Under the pieces are notes generated by a model. It was not told where the DNA came from. It searched no databases and worked only from the letters and a program-made list of their open reading frames with translations. Shown here in pieces: positions 42,276-48,319 of a stretch of 48,319 nucleotides of DNA. The DNA lies in the IMG/VR virus record IMGVR_UViG_3300020044_010170, positions 1 to 48,319 of that record; one strand, 5' to 3'. The translations under genes and the position numbers were made by a program. Source of the stretch: a virus (lineage: Duplodnaviria; Caudoviricetes). How positions within the stretch are numbered: position 1 is the first letter of the stretch; every line of letters starts with the position of its first letter.

Positions 42276-43184
42276 TCAAGCACCCGGCGTGCCGAATACA
42301 CAGCGCCAGTCCGAGACCCCGAAGCTATAACGCTCACGGGCCTTGAAGCGCATGTTACCGGTGTCAAAATCTCCTTCCATGCCGGTCTTGATCGGCGAAC
42401 GGTTGAAGTATTTGAAACCATTCGGTGCGTCCGTCTTGATGAAGTACGCGTCCGTATCAGTGAGGAAGTGGTTTACCACAGCCCCTTGCGGAAGCATACC
42501 CATCGAACGCATGGCGTTCGTGTCGTTGTCTGCCGTTCCCGGACGCAGGTTCGAGTTGAGCACCCGCTCTGCGATGAACTGAAGCTCTTTCGGAATAATG
42601 AGCTTCATGCCGCGAACAGCAATCTTCAGACCACGCTCATCCGTCAGACCTGCGATGTCAATCAGCATCTGCTCCAGCGAGGTCTCGTTGAGATCCGCGG
42701 CGGTAGCCAGAAGGTTGGTCTGATTGCCAGTAAGGCTGGGATGCGCGTTCGAGCAAAGCGCGGCACCGTCGCCAATCGCATAGGCTCCCGTGCTGAACGC
42801 GTTGTTCAGAATGGAAGCTGCTTTGATTTGCTTGGTCTGCGCCATCGAACGAGCCAGCGCCTTCGTATACCGAGAAGCCAGACGATCATAAAGATTGTCT
42901 TCGATAGCTTCTTCAGTGATAGAAAACGCCAGAGCGATGGTTTCGTGGGTGTAACGAGCGGTGTACGTCTCTTGAGCGTCGTCAAACGTGATGGCACCGC
43001 CTTCACTCTTGACCGGAGCTGTCGAGAAGCCCGCAAGCATTACTTCTTCTTCAAAGGCGCGGTCCGAAGACTCCTCATCGAAGATTTCAGAATGCTCGTT
43101 CTCGTAACGGTTGTATTCAAGCCCGAACAAGGCATTTAGGCCGGGTTCAAGCTCCTTCGCTAGTTGCGCGCGAGAGATAGCCAT
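42276..43184 (-). CDS. Major capsid protein (Mu gpT-like, HK97 fold)
   Basis: MAISRAQL.KELEPGLNALFG.EY, ARY.HETIAL.F.ITEEA.EDNLY, GDFDTGN.R.KARERYSFG.SDWR; GGAGG RBS; downstream terminator. Confidence 0.88.
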   Translation of the reverse strand: MAISRAQLAKELEPGLNALFGLEYNRYENEHSEIFDEESSDRAFEEEVMLAGFSTAPVKSEGGAITFDDAQETYTARYTHETIALAFSITEEAIEDNLYDRLASRYTKALARSMAQTKQIKAASILNNAFSTGAYAIGDGAALCSNAHPSLTGNQTNLLATAADLNETSLEQMLIDIAGLTDERGLKIAVRGMKLIIPKELQFIAERVLNSNLRPGTADNDTNAMRSMGMLPQGAVVNHFLTDTDAYFIKTDAPNGFKYFNRSPIKTGMEGDFDTGNMRFKARERYSFGVSDWRCVFGTPGA

Positions 43185-43197
43185 GAGTTAACCCTCC

Positions 43198-43842
43198 TTA
43201 AATACCGGTGCTGGCCGCAGTGGTGTCAAACCGCCGCGATCCTGCGTTAAAGTGCGCGTTCAGGCGAACAATAAGCGGAATGCCCGCCGCCGCAAAGTCG
43301 TTGTTAGCAGCATCATCCATGATGCCAACAATGCGAAGCGGCAGAGTCGCCGTGGTAGCAACGGACGAAACACTCAGCGCGGAGTTAGAAGACCCCGTGT
43401 TAGTGCTACCCGTACGTGCCGACGTACCCAGCGATGCGTTTGCAAAAACGGTCGCCAGAGCAGTAGCACGGTTCGTCAGCGATGCGTCAGAAGCAACTCG
43501 GAAGAGCTGGTTCGGATCATCTGCGACATACGCTTTTACGGGGAAGTTGGTGTTTACGCTGACAGAGCCGGAACCCGGCCAGTAGTTCAGCCACACCGTC
43601 TGCTTCCGTACGGAATCAACGTATTCTACGCCCATCAGGACACCCAGTGCTTGGGTGGTGCCACCTGCCGTATCACCAGCATAATCAATCGTGCCCGCTG
43701 CAGTGGGAACTACGATGCCATACTGATAAATAACGTTGGTGTTGTTAGAAGCGATTTCGTACTGCGTAACGCCAGTCGAATTAACACCGCTACCAACGAG
43801 CCCGATAGGACGAAGACCATATGCAGTAGTTGCGTTCGGCAT
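43198..43842 (-). CDS. Putative capsid decoration / minor head protein
   Basis: Immediately upstream of the MCP; A.GLRP.G, AYV.DDP...F, LPLRIVG motifs. Confidence 0.6.
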   Translation of the reverse strand: MPNATTAYGLRPIGLVGSGVNSTGVTQYEIASNNTNVIYQYGIVVPTAAGTIDYAGDTAGGTTQALGVLMGVEYVDSVRKQTVWLNYWPGSGSVSVNTNFPVKAYVADDPNQLFRVASDASLTNRATALATVFANASLGTSARTGSTNTGSSNSALSVSSVATTATLPLRIVGIMDDAANNDFAAAGIPLIVRLNAHFNAGSRRFDTTAASTGI

Positions 43843-43868
43843 AATAGTTCTCTCCTATTTAAGCAGCC

Positions 43869-44357
43869 CTAGTTGCGAGGACCGCCGAAGGTTACACGAG
43901 ATTGACGATCAGCATTGCCAATCCTCATAGTTGAGTGTGCGTTCTCGCGCATCATGTCCGAATCAATTGCGTTCATCTGGTCTCTACTTCTTTGATTGAA
44001 GTATTGCGTGCGTTCAGCAACTGTTTCGTCCGGGATACGAGCGAGAAGCAAGCCGCCCACTCCAAACACACCTTCATATTTACCTGAATCAATAGTAGGC
44101 GCTTCAAAGTCGGGGTATTCGTCCTTACGGACCAGTTCCCAACCTTCACGCATCTTGGCGCTGACGTTCTTCCGATCATCAAATCCACGGGTTTCCGCAC
44201 GGATCCAACGATGCTTAAAGCCGTCAGGGGCAGGCGGTGCATCCAGCATAGACGGGGGAGCCCAAGGCTTACGAATAGCCTGCTTCTCCCTAGTTTGGGT
44301 AGCGCGAGCAGCCCGATTGATGCTCGAACCACCGATTTGGTTTTCTTGTTCGCTCAT
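43869..44357 (-). CDS. Conserved head-module protein of unknown function
   Basis: W.PPS.LDAP.APDGF.HRWIR.E..G.DD.KN...MREGWE.VR..EYPDF...GVGGLLLARIP. Confidence 0.75.
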   Translation of the reverse strand: MSEQENQIGGSSINRAARATQTREKQAIRKPWAPPSMLDAPPAPDGFKHRWIRAETRGFDDRKNVSAKMREGWELVRKDEYPDFEAPTIDSGKYEGVFGVGGLLLARIPDETVAERTQYFNQRSRDQMNAIDSDMMRENAHSTMRIGNADRQSRVTFGGPRN

Positions 44358-44360
44358 CGA

Positions 44361-45215
44361 TCAGTCCCTCACGTATTTCGCATATTCTTCAAGCGGCACT
44401 CCCAATTTCTTCGCAATTGCGACTTGGCTCGGGGAGAGTCGAACCTTTTTCCCACTGCGCCCAGATACGTTCCTTGATGCTCCAACAACCGTCTGAGCGG
44501 GTCGTCTGTTGGAAGCGCTACCAGAATTGCCAAATTTATCGGCAATTCGACGGTCCAGTTCAGTATAGTATTCATCACTTTGCGGGTCAAATCCTTCCGA
44601 TTCGACCATCTTTTTATGAATACCAAACGCGGCATACGTCATGGCTTCGTCCGAGCCAAACCACGTATTTCGCAACGCCCACTGCTCCGCTTTCGGATCA
44701 GGGCGGCGCGGTTGCTGCGCAGGCATGGGCTGCTGCGCTTGATGTTGCGCGGCGGCGGCCTGCTGCTGACGATACCGCTCTTGCTGAATCTTTGCCTGAT
44801 TTGCTCGGTCTTGCTGAATTGCAAGGTTGGTCAAAGCGCGCTGCGCTTCTACAGTGGCTTTGCTATCCCCAATCTCGATAGCACGAGCTAACGCAGACTC
44901 GACTTGCTGCATCTGAGTATTCACCCGGGTGGTGTACTCAGCCACATAGTTGGTGTCCAAATTGGACATGCGCTGCTTGAGGTCATTCGCCTCTGCTTGA
45001 ATAGCCTTCGCGTAATTCAGCGCCTCTTGCTCACGCCGCTCCGCTTCGCGCATCTTCTTCGTCAGACGATCAATACGCTTCTGCGTCGCATCCCCTGCAC
45101 GCTTAAAATTGTCGTCGTCTTCCAGTTCGACTACCGGCTTTTCTTCCGTAATCTCGACTTCGGCCCCTACTTCATCGTCAAAGGCCATTGATTCGTTATC
45201 TTCAGAACTGATCAT
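44361..45215 (-). CDS. Putative capsid scaffolding protein
   Basis: Acidic N-terminus, long coiled coil (QKRIDRLTKKMREAERRE), PDPKAE.WA..N.WFG, C-terminal VRLSPSQVAIAKKLGVPLEEYAKY. Confidence 0.7.
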   Translation of the reverse strand: MISSEDNESMAFDDEVGAEVEITEEKPVVELEDDDNFKRAGDATQKRIDRLTKKMREAERREQEALNYAKAIQAEANDLKQRMSNLDTNYVAEYTTRVNTQMQQVESALARAIEIGDSKATVEAQRALTNLAIQQDRANQAKIQQERYRQQQAAAAQHQAQQPMPAQQPRRPDPKAEQWALRNTWFGSDEAMTYAAFGIHKKMVESEGFDPQSDEYYTELDRRIADKFGNSGSASNRRPAQTVVGASRNVSGRSGKKVRLSPSQVAIAKKLGVPLEEYAKYVRD

Positions 45216-45223
45216 GTCTATCC

Positions 45224-45691
45224 TCACAAATGGTGAATGTCTTCAGGGTCCATGATGGTTGCCAGAATCTCGTCGTCATTGAGAATCCGAACTTCCCCGC
45301 CGTCGATCTGGAATCGAGATCCGGCATAGCGGGCAAACATGACCCACTGCTTTTCCTTGCACCACGGGCCAGACGGAAACTTTTCCGTGTCTTTGTACGC
45401 CAGCGGTCCTACCTTGAGAACATAGCCAACCTGCGTAGAAATCTGGCTTTTCTCTTGAACCTCGTTCGGCAGGAAAATGCCGCCAGCGGTCTTTGCCCGG
45501 CCTTGATACGGAAGAATAAGAATCCGCCAACCCGTAGGCGCGGGCATCCTTTCAAGAAGACTTACCCCGATTTTGTCAGGATCAAGCCGCGGCTTTTCGA
45601 CATACGCGTCCGCCAGATTCGGCTTGGTCTTTGTCAGTTCTTCAAGACCGCGTTGCGCGGCCTCAAGATCAATCTTTGCAGCTTCAGTCAA
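45224..45691 (-). CDS. groES: Phage-encoded co-chaperonin GroES (Cpn10) with N-terminal extension
   Basis: PTGWRILI.P....KTAGGIFLP...G.VLKVGP...V.FARYAG.RF.IDG.E.RILNDDEILA. Confidence 0.88.
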   Translation of the reverse strand: MTEAAKIDLEAAQRGLEELTKTKPNLADAYVEKPRLDPDKIGVSLLERMPAPTGWRILILPYQGRAKTAGGIFLPNEVQEKSQISTQVGYVLKVGPLAYKDTEKFPSGPWCKEKQWVMFARYAGSRFQIDGGEVRILNDDEILATIMDPEDIHHL

Positions 45692-45881
45692 TTGATCGCT
45701 CCTGTTTTTCTAGCAGGCTCTTGAGTTCCTGTTCCACGTGATTAAGGCACTCTAAGTTGCCCATAAGCTCACGATAATGCTCCATCGACTTCACGTTCCC
45801 ATTCCGCATGTAGTCGACACAGCCTTGGCGACGGTCTCGCAAAATGCGAAACACGGCCTCAGCAATCCTTATTTCATCCAC
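45684..45881 (-). CDS. Conserved small protein upstream of GroES
   Basis: G.VKSMEHYR.LMG.LE.L..VEQE...LL. Confidence 0.65.
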   Translation of the reverse strand: MDEIRIAEAVFRILRDRRQGCVDYMRNGNVKSMEHYRELMGNLECLNHVEQELKSLLEKQERSID

Positions 45882-45887
45882 TAAATC

Positions 45888-45935
45888 CTCGCATATTATC
45901 GAACATCGTCCGATAGTATCCTAGCAGATCGTATA
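45888..45935. promoter_or_regulatory. Array of five 10-bp-phased operator-like boxes upstream of the head operon
   Basis: CTCGCATA, ATCGAACA, GTCCGATA, ATCCTAGC, ATCGTATA at 45888, 45898, 45908, 45918, 45928. Confidence 0.55.
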
Positions 45936-45960
45936 CATCCGACGCTAGGGAAGAGGCCGC

Positions 45961-46473
45961 TTACTCTGCCAAGAGCAAGGCTTGTTGAAGTGTTTCGAGA
46001 TTTCGGCGAGTCCAGCCACGACCGAACGTTGCAAACGTTTTCAAGCTCTCGTAAAACGCTTGTCGCTGTTCGTACAGGTCTTCAACCAGAATCTTTGCGG
46101 GCTTTTTACTAACAAGCTGTATTGTTTTTGGCCCGATCACGCCGTCTTGTGACGCGCCGACTTCCTTTTGCAAAGCCCGGGCTACCCGTGAAACACCGGA
46201 GTTCACCGCCCAGTCAAAGCATGCCCAGTCCACGCCAGAAGGCAATTCATCCCCTCGGAGCTTGTCCCAATATTCCGTCTTATACAGCGGAGAAACGTCG
46301 GACACGCTTAACGCGCGCATCTCCTGTTCGCTAACGGGGCGCTGGATCCATGCTTCATAGACGGCCTTGGTAACACCAAGGTTTGTCATCCCGCCGGGAT
46401 CTCTGGGGTGTTTTACAAAGCCCCCTTCGTGTTTAAGCAAAAACGCTAAACATTGGTCCCAGTTTTTTTTCAT
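45961..46473 (-). CDS. Endolysin, glycoside hydrolase family 108 with C-terminal peptidoglycan-binding domain
   Basis: HEGGF..HP.DPGG.TN.GVT catalytic motif; FD.AVNSG; LQ..VG..QDG.IGP.T; F.RGW.RR. Confidence 0.9.
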   Translation of the reverse strand: MKKNWDQCLAFLLKHEGGFVKHPRDPGGMTNLGVTKAVYEAWIQRPVSEQEMRALSVSDVSPLYKTEYWDKLRGDELPSGVDWACFDWAVNSGVSRVARALQKEVGASQDGVIGPKTIQLVSKKPAKILVEDLYEQRQAFYESLKTFATFGRGWTRRNLETLQQALLLAE

Positions 46474-46481
46474 CTTCGGAG

Positions 46482-48302
46482 TTATCCGCCATTGAAGGGG
46501 GCTAAGGACGCTACCCCTTCCGGACGAAGAAACGGATTATCTTGGCGGGCTGCCGGTGGCGGTAAATTCCTGCGCAACCCAAACATAGTTGCTACTTCTC
46601 CACCCCGTGCGGTGTTACCGGTAGTAGCAGTCGGGGTTAAATCCCCGACAACGTAATTACCGGGCACTGTGTTTGGCGCTCCCGCTACGGATCCCGTTCC
46701 AGTGCCTGTGCCCGTTCCGGTGCCTGTGCCCGTTCCGGTGCCCGTTCCGGTGCCTGTGCCCGTTCCGGTGCCCGTTCCGGTGCCCGTTCCGGTGCCTGTG
46801 CCCGTTCCGGTACCGGTGCCCCTTTCAGCCCTTTCCTCCGCTCGTTCAGCAGCCCCGTAGCCCGCTGTACCGGTGGTGGACATAAACGTACTAAGGGCCG
46901 CTTGCTCCCTCGGCGTTAAGGAGCTGAGAGTTCCACCAAACGCATCGCTAATGAAACCTCCGGGGGCCATTCCGTATCCAAGAACACCCGCGGTCAAAGC
47001 GTCTGTCATGTCTCCGCCCGCAGCTAAAGTAAGGCCCGCTCTACCTACGCCTTGACCAAGCGCTGTTCCTAAAAAAGGCGTGGAGGATGAGGGTGTTCCC
47101 GCAAAAGCGCTTGCGTCCGCAAGATAAGCACTACCGCCAGCAATCGCCGCGGCTTTAAGGGCATCCCCCCAATCCGCCCCAGAAGCTCGTGTAGTAGCCC
47201 CAGAAGCGAGAGCGGCTCCCCAAGGACCACCAAAATACGAGCCGACCGCCGTGAGGGCCGCGTTAACCACCGGATTAGACATTACCTGCTGGAACTCACT
47301 GGGGTCATTTTCAGGGTTCCAGTACCCTCCAATCGAGGGACCGTATTTTTGAAGGTCGGCATACGGATTATCGGAATACTTCTTCCTTTTGGTGCCGTAG
47401 GAGAAGTGGGCTTCAAAGTCCCCGAAAGCTACCCTTTGCGGTAGGTTAAACTGTGATCGAATACTGTTTATCTTGTCAGTAAACTCTCGTTGGTCGTATC
47501 TTTTATTCCTATAATCCAACCAAGCCAGCTCTGTTTGCTCGTCCGCGGACAGGTACTTTCTTAGGTCTTCGTTGTCCGAGTAATACTCGTACCATGTTTT
47601 TATATCATTGGCTACCTGCGCCCCCTCTCCTGACGGTCGGAAAGGGAGATAAAGATTCCCGATCTGTTCTGGGCGGTTAGTCGCAACATAGCCCGGGGTT
47701 TGGTTTAGTTGAAGCATCTCGCTGTAACCAACGCGCGTTTTACCCGGAGTGGATAGCGGAGCTGCATAGGTAGTGCCATTAAAAATATCAGTGGCACCCA
47801 CCAAGTTGTTCTGTGGGTTTACTACGTAGGAAGCGGCGGCAGGCGAGGCAGAACCACTTCCAATTGGGGTGGTGTAATCAGCCGTCATTGCGTAATTAGG
47901 CGAAAGACTTTCGATACCTTGTAAAACAGCCCCCATGTCTACGGAAGTGCCATCAGGCAATACGGTGACTCCGCCATATGCCGCAGGATTTGGCACATTG
48001 TTCCCAACCAGACCGCGACCACTCGCCGTATTTTCCGCTTGTCCACGTGCTGGTTGAGGTTGTTGCGCGGCTGCTTGCTGGGCGGCTGCTTGTTGCGCGG
48101 CTGCTTGCTGCGCGGCTGCTTGTTGCGCGGCTGCTTGCTGCGCGGCTGCTTGTTGCGCGGCTGCTTGCTGCGCGGCTGCTTGTTGCGCGGCTGCGATCCG
48201 TTGTTTCTCCGCTTCTTCCGCTAACCGTTTGCGTTCTTGCTCCTGCTGAATTGCCAACAACTCCGCCTGAGTAGTCGTCGCTTTGCTTTTCCGCGTAGAC
48301 AA
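46482..48302 (-). CDS. Low-complexity putative internal virion protein (606 aa; start uncertain near the window edge)
   Basis: (QQAAA)n and (GT)n tracts; Gly/Ala hydrophobic segment (YFGGPWGAALASG); ends GVASLAPFNGG. Confidence 0.65.
   Translation of the reverse strand: MSTRKSKATTTQAELLAIQQEQERKRLAEEAEKQRIAAAQQAAAQQAAAQQAAAQQAAAQQAAAQQAAAQQAAAQQAAAQQPQPARGQAENTASGRGLVGNNVPNPAAYGGVTVLPDGTSVDMGAVLQGIESLSPNYAMTADYTTPIGSGSASPAAASYVVNPQNNLVGATDIFNGTTYAAPLSTPGKTRVGYSEMLQLNQTPGYVATNRPEQIGNLYLPFRPSGEGAQVANDIKTWYEYYSDNEDLRKYLSADEQTELAWLDYRNKRYDQREFTDKINSIRSQFNLPQRVAFGDFEAHFSYGTKRKKYSDNPYADLQKYGPSIGGYWNPENDPSEFQQVMSNPVVNAALTAVGSYFGGPWGAALASGATTRASGADWGDALKAAAIAGGSAYLADASAFAGTPSSSTPFLGTALGQGVGRAGLTLAAGGDMTDALTAGVLGYGMAPGGFISDAFGGTLSSLTPREQAALSTFMSTTGTAGYGAAERAEERAERGTGTGTGTGTGTGTGTGTGTGTGTGTGTGTGTGTGTGTGTGTGSVAGAPNTVPGNYVVGDLTPTATTGNTARGGEVATMFGLRRNLPPPAARQDNPFLRPEGVASLAPFNGG
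46690..46822 (-). repeat. 6-bp-unit coding repeat encoding (Gly-Thr)n
   Basis: Iterated gtgccc/gttccg/gtgcct units. Confidence 0.9.
48061..48195 (-). repeat. 15-bp tandem coding repeat encoding (QQAAA)n, about 9 copies
   Basis: tgttgcgcggctgct / tgctgcgcggctgct units. Confidence 0.9.
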
Positions 48303-48319
48303 CTTAGGCCATTTTAGCC

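Noticed and set aside
46690-48195. Tandem repeats as a possible CRISPR array
   Set aside because: No unique spacers; units are 6 and 15 bp, in frame inside a CDS; no cas genes
3458-48274. Many plus-strand ORFs of 60-300 aa
   Set aside because: Antisense shadows of GC-rich minus-strand genes, with no recognisable motifs; only SNF2 is credible
1-48319. tRNA genes, integrase/att sites, terminase, portal, stop-codon reassignment
   Set aside because: None recognised by eye; long ORFs are intact under the standard code; packaging genes probably lie beyond the right edge
48304-48319. Possible 3' end (...AKMA-stop) of an upstream gene
   Set aside because: Only 16 nt visible; cannot be distinguished from an upstream extension of the 606-aa frame

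Overview
This window is most of a tailed dsDNA phage genome (Caudoviricetes, podovirus-like, resembling uncultured aquatic phages with a Mu gpT-like capsid protein). Every credible gene is on the minus strand except one SNF2 helicase. The order in transcription direction (right to left) is: a low-complexity virion protein, GH108 endolysin, GroES, scaffold, head proteins and major capsid; a pseudoknotted RNA element (Mu-gpT-DE-like); small basic/structural genes, adaptors, a glycine-rich fibre cassette and a 1462-aa tail fibre; holin and nozzle; four large internal/ejection proteins; small accessory genes; a replication module (SSB, AEP primase, UvrD, PolA with Leu762); two basic low-complexity genes; and an origin-like region at the left edge. 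No terminase, portal, integrase, tRNA or CRISPR is visible. The main leads are: (1) a short [MFY]xxGG peptide, and a weaker GIxx[LF] peptide, shared by unrelated probable virion-cargo proteins, together with a duplicated D-x3-A-x4-GE-x-V module, which may form a packaging or processing code; (2) a 10-bp-phased operator motif in five promoter regions; (3) a ~70-nt candidate sRNA with its own promoter; (4) several small regulators missed by the ORF track. All calls rest on reading motifs by eye; no searches were run.
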